DNA of 24,000 nucleotides from Cellvibrionaceae bacterium (GTDB lineage Bacteria; Pseudomonadota; Gammaproteobacteria; Pseudomonadales; Cellvibrionaceae): NCBI GenBank assembly GCA_033852115.1, contig JAWSVE010000008.1, positions 6,933 to 30,932 of the forward strand, read 5' to 3'. Shown piece by piece: positions 1 to 9,149 of this stretch (position 1 is its first letter; each line of letters starts with the position of its first letter). The notes under the pieces were generated by a model. It saw only the letters and a program-made list of their open reading frames with translations, ran no database searches and was not told where the DNA came from. The position numbers and the translations under genes were made by a program.

Positions 1-590
1 GCCACGACGTCATCTTGCGTGTGGTCAGCGCGAACGATTTCGAGCAATTTCATGACGTTGGCTGGCGAGAAAAAGTGAAGGCCGATAACATCTTCAGGGC
101 GCTTGGTGACGGAGGCAATCTCATCAATGTTTAGTGCCGAGGTGTTTGTCGCCAAAATAGCGCCTGGCTTCATGATGGCGTCGAGTTCGGTGAAGATAGT
201 CTTTTTCAAGTCCATGTTTTCGAACACTGCTTCGATCACCAAGTCGCAATCCGCAAGATCACCTTTGTCCAAAGTGCCTTTGAAGCGGTTCATACGAATG
301 TCGACTTCTTCGGGTGGGAAGCGGCCTTTATCGGCACTGCGCTGATAGTTGGCGCGTACCACACCTAAACCACGGTCCAGCGCTTCTTGTTGAGTCTCAA
401 CAATCACCACCTCATAGCCGGCTGTGGCGAAGTTCATGGCGATACCGCCGCCCATAGTACCAGCACCGATAATGCCGACTTTGCTAATAGGGCGAATTTG
501 AATGTCGGCCGCAAGACCGGGCACGTCCCACGCGTCGGTGGAAGCTTGGTTAACGTAAGCTGCAACAGCTTCGGGTGATGGTTGAGTCAT
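1..590 (-). CDS. 3-hydroxyacyl-CoA dehydrogenase, NAD-binding N-terminal part (partial; the 3' end lies beyond the window start)
   Basis: Absent from the ORF track because it runs off the window edge. My reverse-strand translation from the ATG at 590-588 reads [15 protein letters not shown]...[31 protein letters not shown]...[15 protein letters not shown]...ILATNTSAL...[19 protein letters not shown], with no stop down to position 1. It has the GxGxxG Rossmann motif and the HFFSPA block typical of the 3HCDH_N family. Confidence 0.85.
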   Translation of the reverse strand, partial: MTQPSPEAVAAYVNQASTDAWDVPGLAADIQIRPISKVGIIGAGTMGGGIAMNFATAGYEVVIVETQQEALDRGLGVVRANYQRSADKGRFPPEEVDIRMNRFKGTLDKGDLADCDLVIEAVFENMDLKKTIFTELDAIMKPGAILATNTSALNIDEIASVTKRPEDVIGLHFFSPANVMKLLEIVRADHTQDDVV

Positions 591-849
591 AGAATTAGTC
601 CGAATTGGGTGTTAAAGCAAGAATTTACTAGGTTTTTAAGAGGGGTGAGACGTTACCACAATTGGCTATTTGACGGAATAACGACCTGTAAATGTAGATT
701 TGATAGTCGTCAAATTGTAGGCATTTAGAATCCCGTCGTTGACTGTTAGACTCACCTATTACAATTCTATAAAGCTACAGCTTAACTTAATAAAATTGAT
801 TTATAGTCTTATATAAGAATTCAAGTTAGCTGCTATTCGAGGGCGTATT

Positions 850-3800
850 ATGTCTAACGAGCAAATAGGCTCTGAGACTTTGACCATAAAAAAACTACTC
901 ATCGCCAACCGTGGTGAAATCGCGATTCGTATCGCGCGCACGGCGGCGGACATGAACATCAAAACGGTGGCGATTTTCTCGCGTGACGATGCGACAAACT
1001 TACACGTCAAGCGTGCTGATGAATCTTACGCGTTGCCGGGTAGTGGTGCGCGTGCCTATTTAGATATGGAGGCGGTGATCGCTGCCGCTAAATCGACGGG
1101 TGCAGATGCGATTCACCCTGGCTACGGGTTTCTTTCAGAGAATGCTGAGTTTGCGCAGCGTGTGGAAGACGCCGGATTAATTTTCGTCGGCCCAACGCCG
1201 CAAGCTTTGTCCTTGCTTGGCGATAAAATTGCTGCCAAGCAGCGCGCAGAAGAATTAGGTGTGCCAACCATCCCTGGTACTAGTGAAAATACATCACGAG
1301 CTCAAGCTGAAACATTTTTTTCAAGTTTGCCAGCCGGTGCTAGCATGGTAATTAAAGCCGTTGCTGGTGGCGGTGGTCGCGGCATGCGAGTCGTCAATCA
1401 ACTCGATGATGTAGCGGATGCGTGGCAGCGTTGCCGCTCAGAAGCAGAAGCTGCTTTTGGTGTGGCGGATGTGTATGTTGAACGCTTTTTACCAGCGGTT
1501 CGACATATCGAAGTGCAAATTTTGGGAGATGGTCAAGGTGCTTGTATAAATTTCGCTGAGCGTGAATGCACCTTGCAGCGACGACACCAGAAACTTATTG
1601 AAATTGCACCAAGTCCTTCGCTAACCGATATTCAGCGTAAAGCACTGGTGGATTATGCTGAAAAAATTGCTAACGGCGTCGGCTATCGTTCGCTAGGCAC
1701 ATTCGAGTTTTTGTTAGCGACTGATAGCGAAAAAGACAATCTGTTTTTTATTGAAGCCAATCCGCGTATCCAAGTTGAGCATACGGTAACGGAAGAAATA
1801 TTTGATACCGACCTGGTGCGTTGTCAGCTTGCTATTGCGAATGGTAAAGCCTTGGCCGGTCTCTCTCTTCCAGCAATGCCGAAAGGTTATGCTATCCAAT
1901 CTCGCATTAATATGGAACGTATGGATGGGAGCGCTAACGCGTCACCAACCTGTGGAACGATTTCGATTTATGAACCGCCAACTGGTGCGTCTGTTCGTGT
2001 AGATGGGTTTGCGTATTCCGGATATCAAACATCCGCTAGTTTCGACGGCTTGCTCGCGAAAATTATTGTATCTACCGATGTCGATGAATTTTCGACTGCT
2101 GTTGCCAAAGCCGCGCGCGCCTTAAGTGAAACGCGTATTGTCGGTTTGGAAACGAATCTCACCTGGTTGCGTGCCTTGTTGTCGCATGTCGATGTTATTA
2201 ACAACAATGTGTCGACCGGTTTTATTGAAGCAAATGCTGAAGCGCTTTATCAGAGTGCGCAATTATTTGTCGATGAAGAACTCAATACGAATAATCCACA
2301 ACAAGCTCATCAGGCTGTATTCATTCCTGAAGGGTTAAATGCGGTTGTCGCACCCATGCAGTCAACGGTGGTGTCCTTTAGTGTTCAAATCGGTGATGAG
2401 GTAGCCATTGGTCAAGAGCTGGCAATTCTCGAAGCGATGAAGATGGAACATGTTGTTGTTGCGACAACGGCCGGTAAGGTTGTCGATATTATAGCGAGTG
2501 TGGGCGAAACGTTAATGGAATCACAGGCGTTTATCGTCGTTGACCCTAGTGACGTTGAGCAGAGTGTGAATGGCGAACTCAGTGATATTGACCTCGATAG
2601 AATTCGTGATGACCTACGTGAAGTAGAAGAGCGCCGAGCCTTTGGGCTTGATGAAAATCGGCCAGAGGCAGTGGCAAAACGTCACGCTAAAGGAAAGCAA
2701 ACCGCGCGCGAAAATCTTGCTCAAATGTGCGACCCCGACTCATTCATCGAATACGGCGAGTTTGCCATTGCAGCCCAGCGTCAGCGTCGCTCGCTAGAAG
2801 ATCTTATAAAAAATACCAGTGGCGATGGTATTTTAACGGGGCTAGGTTCCATCAACGGTGATTTGTTTGATGAAACGTTATCACGCTGCGCGTTTGCGTT
2901 GGGGGATTACATGGTGTTGGCCGGAACGCAAGGTCAGCGTCATCATCGAAAGTTAGATCGACTGTTTCATACCGCTGAGGACTGGAATATTCCGGTCGTT
3001 ATTTTCGGGGAGGGCGGGGGTGGCCGTCCTGGTGATACGGAGCGCATTACGCATGCCGGTATTTCGAACGGCACCTTTACTTCCTTCGCTAATTTAAGTG
3101 GCAAGGTGCCACTAGTGGGTGTTGTTTCTGGCCGTTGCTTTGCGGGCAACGCGGCGTTTCTTGGTTGCTGTGATGTCATCATTGGTGACGAAAGTGCCAA
3201 CATAGGAATGGCCGGCCCCGCGATGATCGAAGGCGGTGGTTTGGGCGTCTATCCGCCGGAAGCGATTGGTCCGATCGATGAGCAGTGCAAGAATGGTGTG
3301 ATCGACATACGCGTCAAAGACGAAAAAGAAGCCTGCGAAGTGGTGAAAAAATACCTGTCGTACTTTCAGGGAGCCATTAAAGATTGGCAGGCACCCGATC
3401 AGCGAAATCTGCGTCATGTGATCCCTGAAAATCGTTTGCGAGTGTATGAAATTCGCGATGTGATCGACAATCTTGCTGATATTGATTCAGTCTTAGAAAT
3501 TCGCAAAGAGTTTGGTGTGGGTGTCGTCACTGCGTTTATCCGTATCGAAGGTAAACCGTTTGGCGTTATTGCCAATAATCCAAAACATTTAGGCGGCGCG
3601 ATTGATGCTGATGCCGCCGATAAGCTCGCCCGCTTTATTCAATTGTGCGATGGCTTTGATATTCCTTTGCTATCGCTTTGCGACTGTCCTGGATTTATGG
3701 TGGGGCCCGAAGCCGAGAAAACTGCGTTGGTACGACACGTCTCGCGCGTTTATGTGACGGCGCGTTCCATCACTGTACCGATGTTCGGCGTGGTATTGCG

Positions 3801-4158
3801 CAAATGCTATGGCCTGGGTGCGATGGCAATGCTCGGCGGCGGTACCCTGGACAATTTCTTCACAGTGTCTTGGCCTACGGGTGAATTTGGGCCGATGGGA
3901 CTGGAAGGCGCAGTGCGTTTAGGTTTTCGAAAAGAGTTGGATGCAATTGATGACCCCGAAGAGCAAAAAGCATTGTTCGATAAGTTGCTCAATGAAATGT
4001 ATGAGCAAGGTAAGGCGATGGCCGTTGCGTCTTCTCTTGAGGTGGATGCTGTAATCGATCCCATTGATACTCGCAAAACTATTCTAGCGGGTTTGCGGTC
4101 AGCGCAACTCCGTCCGCCACTGTCCGGGCGAAAGCGCCCTTGTATAGATTCTTGGTAG
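850..4158 (+). CDS. Single-chain acyl-CoA carboxylase (biotin carboxylase + biotin carboxyl carrier + carboxyltransferase fused, LCC-like)
   Basis: 1102-aa ORF with RBS GAGGG 6 nt upstream of the ATG. The N-terminus has LLIANRGEIAIRIARTA, GGGGRGMRVV and EANPRIQVEHTVTE (ATP-grasp biotin carboxylase). The biotinylation motif EAMKMEH sits mid-protein. The C-terminal ~500 aa match a carboxyltransferase (FGEGGGGRPGD, ANNPKHLGGAIDADAADKLARFIQLCDGFDIPLLSLCDCPGFMVGPEAE). Confidence 0.9.
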   Translation: MSNEQIGSETLTIKKLLIANRGEIAIRIARTAADMNIKTVAIFSRDDATNLHVKRADESYALPGSGARAYLDMEAVIAAAKSTGADAIHPGYGFLSENAEFAQRVEDAGLIFVGPTPQALSLLGDKIAAKQRAEELGVPTIPGTSENTSRAQAETFFSSLPAGASMVIKAVAGGGGRGMRVVNQLDDVADAWQRCRSEAEAAFGVADVYVERFLPAVRHIEVQILGDGQGACINFAERECTLQRRHQKLIEIAPSPSLTDIQRKALVDYAEKIANGVGYRSLGTFEFLLATDSEKDNLFFIEANPRIQVEHTVTEEIFDTDLVRCQLAIANGKALAGLSLPAMPKGYAIQSRINMERMDGSANASPTCGTISIYEPPTGASVRVDGFAYSGYQTSASFDGLLAKIIVSTDVDEFSTAVAKAARALSETRIVGLETNLTWLRALLSHVDVINNNVSTGFIEANAEALYQSAQLFVDEELNTNNPQQAHQAVFIPEGLNAVVAPMQSTVVSFSVQIGDEVAIGQELAILEAMKMEHVVVATTAGKVVDIIASVGETLMESQAFIVVDPSDVEQSVNGELSDIDLDRIRDDLREVEERRAFGLDENRPEAVAKRHAKGKQTARENLAQMCDPDSFIEYGEFAIAAQRQRRSLEDLIKNTSGDGILTGLGSINGDLFDETLSRCAFALGDYMVLAGTQGQRHHRKLDRLFHTAEDWNIPVVIFGEGGGGRPGDTERITHAGISNGTFTSFANLSGKVPLVGVVSGRCFAGNAAFLGCCDVIIGDESANIGMAGPAMIEGGGLGVYPPEAIGPIDEQCKNGVIDIRVKDEKEACEVVKKYLSYFQGAIKDWQAPDQRNLRHVIPENRLRVYEIRDVIDNLADIDSVLEIRKEFGVGVVTAFIRIEGKPFGVIANNPKHLGGAIDADAADKLARFIQLCDGFDIPLLSLCDCPGFMVGPEAEKTALVRHVSRVYVTARSITVPMFGVVLRKCYGLGAMAMLGGGTLDNFFTVSWPTGEFGPMGLEGAVRLGFRKELDAIDDPEEQKALFDKLLNEMYEQGKAMAVASSLEVDAVIDPIDTRKTILAGLRSAQLRPPLSGRKRPCIDSW

Positions 4159-4171
4159 TAGCCAGTCTAAT

Positions 4172-4191
4172 TAAATAAATAAATAAATAAA
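4172..4191. repeat. (TAAA)5 tetranucleotide microsatellite in the carboxylase-hydratase intergenic spacer
   Basis: Direct reading: taaataaataaataaataaa, immediately upstream of the hydratase RBS GGAGAG. Confidence 0.9.
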
Positions 4192-4207
4192 CACATTGGA
4201 GAGAGCG

Positions 4208-5002
4208 ATGAGTAACGAATTGTTAGTAGAAAATAAAGATGGCTTGCTGGTGCTGACGATGAACCGCCCCGAGCGACGAAATGCATTAAGCCCAGCACTT
4301 TTAGAAAATATGGTGAGCACATTAGCCGCAGCGGCCGATGATCCGAATGTGCGTGCGGTTATGTTAACGGGTGCAGGTGGGCATTTTTGTGCCGGTGGTG
4401 ATGTCAAGGCAATGAACGAGGGCGCTGGACAAGATTTGCCTTACGGAAATCGACACTACAGTTTGCGTGATCGTATGAACGCATCACGTTTGTTACATCA
4501 GATGCCTAAACCCACGATTGCAGCAATCGACGGTGCTGTGGCAGGTGCCGGATTGTCTATGGCGTTAGCGTGTGATTTTCGTGTTTGCTCGACTTCATCA
4601 AAAATCACCACAGCGTTTGCCAAAGTAGGTTTGTCCGGAGATTTTGGTGGCAGCTATTTTCTAACGTCTATTGTAGGATCAGCGAAGGCACGTGAACTGT
4701 ATTTTCTTTCTCCGGTATTAACTGGCGAAGAAGCCTTGGCGATCGGGTTAGTGAATCGCGCTGTTGAACCAGACCAAGTACAAGGGGTCGCACGTGAATT
4801 GGCTGAGCAGCTTGCAAACGGTCCCACATTCACCCTGGCTAGAATAAAGCAAAATATTAATCTTGCTGTGAGTGGTGCTAATCTCGCGGATTGTTTTGAC
4901 CAAGAAGCCAAACACCACATGCAATGTACGTTAACAGAGGATCACAAAGAAGCCGCCGCCGCATTTGTTGAAAAGCGCGCGCCAGTTTTTAAAGGGAAGT
5001 GA
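4208..5002 (+). CDS. Enoyl-CoA hydratase/isomerase (crotonase family)
   Basis: Crotonase motifs are present: LTGAGGHFCAGGDVKAM (oxyanion hole region) and AAIDGAVAGAGLSMALACDFR. I prefer the ATG at 4208 (MSNELL), preceded by GGAGAG at 4198-4203, over the TTG at 4196 in the track. Confidence 0.9.
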   Translation: MSNELLVENKDGLLVLTMNRPERRNALSPALLENMVSTLAAAADDPNVRAVMLTGAGGHFCAGGDVKAMNEGAGQDLPYGNRHYSLRDRMNASRLLHQMPKPTIAAIDGAVAGAGLSMALACDFRVCSTSSKITTAFAKVGLSGDFGGSYFLTSIVGSAKARELYFLSPVLTGEEALAIGLVNRAVEPDQVQGVARELAEQLANGPTFTLARIKQNINLAVSGANLADCFDQEAKHHMQCTLTEDHKEAAAAFVEKRAPVFKGK

Positions 5003-5022
5003 TTTTTTAGCAACACAATATT

Positions 5023-5052
5023 GTAAAAAAATAGGCCCAAGTAAGGGCCTAT
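5023..5052. terminator. Bidirectional rho-independent terminator between convergent genes
   Basis: Stem ATAGGCCC (5031-5038) pairs with GGGCCTAT (5045-5052). An A8 run lies upstream, which is T8 on the minus strand, so it is strongest for the minus-strand gene ending at 5076. TTT follows on the plus strand. Confidence 0.65.
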
Positions 5053-5075
5053 TTGAATGATGAACACCAATAGTA

Positions 5076-5771
5076 CTAGCAGCCACCTACCTTGCGAGTT
5101 GCGCGTAACCAATTTACCGGCTCATTAAAATAAAACGAGATCGCTGATTCGTCATCATCTTGATGATGTGACTCTGACAACCTTGCCGTTAATGTGTAGA
5201 TATGATTGGCGTAAATTTTAAAATCTCCAACCTTATGGTGTTCTACGTAGTTGCTTTCCTGGTAGTCGACAACAATGTTATTGGTTGTGATATCGACTAA
5301 TTTCGCTTGAACAAACCCTTGTATTCCGCGAACTTGAAAGATCATGTAAGCGGTCGTGTTACTGTCCGAACGAAAACGCCATTGAAGAGCGCCTTTTGCG
5401 ACATGTTTTGGATCTTGGTTTGGGTTCCAAGTTTGTTGACTTGGTGTTGATGGGCTGCCTGGGAAATAAAACTCAGCAATAGTGAATAAATCGAATCCGA
5501 AGCTTGAAATATCAGCCGTAGAATTCGCATAAGTGACCACTTCATCAGACGGGGACGACCCGTCTTTAGCCGTGAGTCGGCTATTAGCATCGCGATCAAA
5601 ATTTAATAGAGGGCCAGAATACGTTGTCTGCTGAGTTAAATTGCCTCCTTCGATGAGCGGTAGCTTTAAACTCGACTTTAAACATAAATGATCCTGGTTA
5701 ACCGCAATATTTGGAATAGCGTGGCATACTGAAGTGGAGAGGATAAGTAGCGGTATGGCAAAGTATTTCAT
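5076..5771 (-). CDS. Secreted hypothetical protein (signal peptide, beta-rich)
   Basis: The track ORF is 5076-6032. The internal ATG at 5771-5769 is preceded by AAGGAG and opens with MKYFAIPLLILSTSVCHA, a typical Sec signal peptide. I recognise no family. Confidence 0.7.
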   Translation of the reverse strand: MKYFAIPLLILSTSVCHAIPNIAVNQDHLCLKSSLKLPLIEGGNLTQQTTYSGPLLNFDRDANSRLTAKDGSSPSDEVVTYANSTADISSFGFDLFTIAEFYFPGSPSTPSQQTWNPNQDPKHVAKGALQWRFRSDSNTTAYMIFQVRGIQGFVQAKLVDITTNNIVVDYQESNYVEHHKVGDFKIYANHIYTLTARLSESHHQDDDESAISFYFNEPVNWLRATRKVGGC

Positions 5772-6075
5772 TTCAAAACTCCTTTTTGAATAAATGATTA
5801 GTTGACTAACTAAAGATACTTTTGCACTCAAAGATGGCGAACATGAAGATGCTATAGTTGAACGCCCTTCATCCATAAACGAGCGCAGGCGGTAGGGTAT
5901 TACGGTTCTCGACAAAATGCCACGATTTGCGAAAGTAAGATTTATACGAATTAAGCATATACGGCAGATGTCACGCGGGGATTCTTGGTGGGTGGCTTTG
6001 TTAGAGGTGGAAATGATTGGGGAAGAAAACACTTGGTGAAAGCAACTACTAAAGCCACAGTAATAGCAGCCAAAT

Positions 6076-6107
6076 AAAAAAGGGTGCCTTGAAGGGCACC
6101 CTTTTAT
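6076..6107 (-). terminator. Rho-independent terminator downstream of the 6124-6639 gene
   Basis: Stem GGGTGCC (6082-6088) pairs with GGCACCC (6095-6101). On the minus strand the hairpin is followed by a T6 run (complement of 6076-6081). Confidence 0.7.
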
Positions 6108-6123
6108 CTAAATCTGTGTCTGC

Positions 6124-6639
6124 TTAGTGAAGCTTTGGCTGATAATTTAAAAACAGAATCAAATTCTCAACCGTCGTGACCTTACCGTAATATGGGCTAC
6201 GTTTAGGGCGAGAAAGTGATCGACCTGTTGCTTGAGCAGCTTCCTCGATCAAATCAACGTCATCATCAAGGTGCAAGTCTTTATGTAACTTGTCAGACAG
6301 TTGTAGCGGTACTTCGTGCTCGCAGGGAATATGTTGTTGGAGTAAGTCATAGACCTTACGGACGATGTCTTCTTCAACGCCTTTTGCCGCAAGCGCTCGT
6401 TGGAGATCGTCTACACCTAAATCATGTCGGATATCACGCAAGGCTTTAAGATCACCTTCAACATCTGGCGCACGAAGGCGACGCCAAAAGAAAACGCATG
6501 TTCCGGAGACAAGCAGTACGCTGGTTAGTAGCGGTTGAAAAACAACCAACAACAAAATCGCTGCGACGATGCTCCACGTAACTACATCAAAGGAAAATCC
6601 AGCTACAAACGCCTCTGGTGCTCTTGTTGCTTTCTTCAT
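6124..6639 (-). CDS. Small membrane protein, hypothetical (two N-terminal TM helices, acidic C-terminal domain)
   Basis: 171-aa ORF. Hydrophobic stretches are FSFDVVTWSIVAAILLLVVF and LLTSVLLVSGTCVFFW. A terminator lies downstream. Confidence 0.7.
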   Translation of the reverse strand: MKKATRAPEAFVAGFSFDVVTWSIVAAILLLVVFQPLLTSVLLVSGTCVFFWRRLRAPDVEGDLKALRDIRHDLGVDDLQRALAAKGVEEDIVRKVYDLLQQHIPCEHEVPLQLSDKLHKDLHLDDDVDLIEEAAQATGRSLSRPKRSPYYGKVTTVENLILFLNYQPKLH

Positions 6640-7481
6640 AAATCACCCTATTTTATTGCGCCCAGCTAATCAGTTTGAGGACATTTAGCTACGGAGGCAC
6701 TTCCTTATGCAGGGCTTATTTTTGGATTCACAGTATTAATGATAGTCATAATTCAGGAAAAAGTGTAAGAAAAGCGTGACAAAAGTCTCACTTTTCATTG
6801 CTTTACAGAGATTTTAGGGTGGTTTGCGGGGGAGTTAGCACTTTTGTCGGCTCAGTCATCAGACGATACGAAGGGGTAATACCTGAGTAAATTACTTTGG
6901 TTATTAAAAGGGCTTTTCTATATCACTAATAGCAATTTAAATTCGATTTGTAGGCGCTGTCCAGTAGCCTTATTCTGGCACGCGATTCGTTATTGGTGAA
7001 TTAAAAGAGTAATTCTTAGACCTAATGGTATGCGGTCTCGGTGGACTGAATGGTTTACCTAGAAAAGCTGTCTGTCGTTATACGACTTTTCAAGCTAACC
7101 GAGAGAGGTGTAGCTTGTTTCAAATCGTAGTGGATCTGCTTTGATTTTCCCATGAATGAAGTGCCGCTCAACCTGGGAGGTACGGTCGATATCATCCTTC
7201 AACGTAAAACTACCGGTCAGCAACGGCCTACCACAATCGATCCTGCTTTGGTTAATGAGACACGCTATCTCCTCCTATCTATTCAATAAGATCTTTTGCA
7301 TTGGCATATTGACGTGGGAATTGCCAGCCTGTCATCAGCCTCTTTTTCGATAAAAATATTTAACGGTTTAGTGATTAAGGCACAGGATTTGATTACCGCT
7401 AAACAAGAGAAGATTAAATTGAGTGTGTGAAAATAATTTAACACATTGGTTTTTTGACCTTGAAGGAAAAGTGGTACGAAG

Positions 7482-8453
7482 ATGACTTCCGATGAAATTC
7501 TTCCAGGAGTAATTGGTCGCAGTGAGGCAGTGCAATCGCTGGCAAAAAAGCTTGAAAAAATTGCGACCGCAGATAGACCCATATTTTTAAATGGGCCGAC
7601 GGGTTCAGGTAAAGAGCTTTTCGCGCGCGCGATACATGAGCTTAGTGGTCGAAAAGGGCCTTTTGTGGCCGTTAATTGTGGTGCAATTCCTGAAACGCTT
7701 TTCGAGTCATTGCTGTTTGGTCATGAGCGCGGCGCATTTACAGGCGCCGATAAAGCGCAAGATGGTTTTTTAGCTGAGGCCGCCGGTGGAACCTTGTTTT
7801 TGGATGAAATTGCCGAACTGCCGCTACTTCAACAAACGAAACTACTGCGCGTGCTAGAAACCGGCTGCTATCAGCGGATTGGTGCACAAAAGGAGCAAAA
7901 ATACACCGGTAGAACATTGGTCGCAACGCATGCAGACTTGCGGCAAAGAATTGAGGAAAAAGCGTTTCGTGAAGACCTATTTTATAGAATCAATACATTT
8001 GAAGTATCAATTCCTCCTCTTGAGGCGAGGCGCGAAGATATACCACTTTTGGCGAGCGCATTCGCTCAATCAGTTCCGGGGATAACGTTGAGCGAATGCG
8101 CTTTGCGTTATCTTCAGCGGGCCAGTTGGCCGGGTAACGTGAGACAACTGAAAAGCACGGTCGATCGAATATGTATATTGGCAGATGACTCATATATTAC
8201 GGCAAGCGCTATAGAAGCGATGCAAGAATGCCAGTTCGACGAAAAGCCATTAGAAAACGTGGCTAAAACAGCAATAGCTTTAGCGACTGGAGATAAGATT
8301 CGTGCGATGGTTGATGCGCTTGTGAATGAGGCGTTGGCGACCTCAAAAGGGAATAAAACTAAGGCGGCAGAAATGTTAGGTGTTCATAGAAAAGTTATAG
8401 AGCGGCGTTGCCAGCGTCAGTCAGAAGTTAGCCCATCGTTAGAGTTGTCTTAA
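7482..8453 (+). CDS. Sigma-54-dependent transcriptional activator (bEBP), AAA+ core plus C-terminal Fis-type HTH, no N-terminal sensory domain
   Basis: Motifs present: Walker A GPTGSGKE, the sigma-54 contact loop ERGAFTGA, Walker B LFLDEI, the FREDLFYRIN block, and C-terminal KTKAAEMLGVHRKVIERR. The AAA+ core starts within ~10 residues of the Met (VIGRSEAVQSL), as in the PspF/HrpS-type activators. Confidence 0.9.
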   Translation: MTSDEILPGVIGRSEAVQSLAKKLEKIATADRPIFLNGPTGSGKELFARAIHELSGRKGPFVAVNCGAIPETLFESLLFGHERGAFTGADKAQDGFLAEAAGGTLFLDEIAELPLLQQTKLLRVLETGCYQRIGAQKEQKYTGRTLVATHADLRQRIEEKAFREDLFYRINTFEVSIPPLEARREDIPLLASAFAQSVPGITLSECALRYLQRASWPGNVRQLKSTVDRICILADDSYITASAIEAMQECQFDEKPLENVAKTAIALATGDKIRAMVDALVNEALATSKGNKTKAAEMLGVHRKVIERRCQRQSEVSPSLELS

Positions 8454-8462
8454 GGGGGCCAC

Positions 8463-8828
8463 ATGTTTAGCCGCTGGAAATCTATCAAAAATACTGAGTC
8501 GCAAACGAATCCCGACGATGAGCCAGCGGAGGAAAATCAAGAAAGCCGTGCAGTGGCTGAGCTGCAACGACAGCAGGATGTGCGAATGAAGGCGCTTGTG
8601 GATGACCTGATTGATAGACAAAACAAAGTGTTGGATCAGCTTCAGCGACGAGCATCAATGCAACAAACGACTTCGTCAGTGGGGGGAGTTGGATTGAAAG
8701 ACCAAGCTACAGTTTTTGCTGGGGTAGACGCCCAAAATCTAATACTAGAGCGAATGCAATTGGCTGAGAAAAATATAAGAGCCGTGCAAAATGAATGCAC
8801 TTCGAGCGGAGATAGCGAAGATGGTTAA
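8463..8828 (+). CDS. Hypothetical protein, predicted coiled-coil, acidic termini
   Basis: The ATG is 9 nt after the bEBP stop and is preceded by AAGGGGG. The sequence is Q/E/R-rich with heptad-like character (AVAELQRQQDVRMKALVDDLIDRQNKVLDQLQRR). Confidence 0.65.
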   Translation: MFSRWKSIKNTESQTNPDDEPAEENQESRAVAELQRQQDVRMKALVDDLIDRQNKVLDQLQRRASMQQTTSSVGGVGLKDQATVFAGVDAQNLILERMQLAEKNIRAVQNECTSSGDSEDG

Positions 8829-9102
8829 GGGGTGCAACGTATTTGAAGCAACTATCGATGAGGAGGGAGAGTATGTATGCTTAGGTGATCCCGTGAAGGT
8901 CCAGCAGGATGATATTGATGTACCTCAGCATGCTGAACAACTCCGCGATGATCGAGAGAGTGATAGATTGATGACTAATAGCCTTTTTATGGAAAACTAT
9001 TTGAGGAATGTGCGTGGAGAACAGCATGAACTACTTCGGCAATCACAAAAGGGCTTGTTAGATCTTCAAAAGGAAATACTAAGAAACATTCGCAGAACCT
9101 AG
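8821..9102 (+). CDS. Hypothetical protein
   Basis: The track ORF is 8791-9102. I prefer the in-frame ATG at 8821, which has GGAG 9 nt upstream and an 8-nt overlap with the previous gene. The start is uncertain. Confidence 0.6.
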   Translation: MVKGCNVFEATIDEEGEYVCLGDPVKVQQDDIDVPQHAEQLRDDRESDRLMTNSLFMENYLRNVRGEQHELLRQSQKGLLDLQKEILRNIRRT

Positions 9103-9149
9103 TACGTTTTGTCTAACATATCTGCTCTTTGCCGCACTGCACTGGAAAA

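Noticed and set aside
4196-4207. The TTG start at 4196 for the hydratase, as in the ORF track
   Set aside because: That TTG overlaps the GGAGAG Shine-Dalgarno, which is correctly spaced for the ATG at 4208.
5772-6032. The N-terminal 87 codons of the 318-aa track ORF 5076-6032
   Set aside because: The extension has no protein-like features. The internal ATG at 5771 has an AAGGAG RBS and opens a textbook signal peptide, so the shorter CDS is preferred.
6976-6990. TGGCACGCGATTCGT as a sigma-54 promoter
   Set aside because: The -24 element is good, but the -12 position reads TCGT rather than TTGC (no GC dinucleotide). The nearest plus-strand gene is ~500 bp away. I kept it only as a remark.
7156-7582. 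ORFs 7156-7353 (+) and 7283-7582 (-) in the long intergenic region
   Set aside because: They overlap each other, and the second overlaps the bEBP start. They have no RBS and no motifs, and their composition is AT-driven. I treated the region as non-coding.
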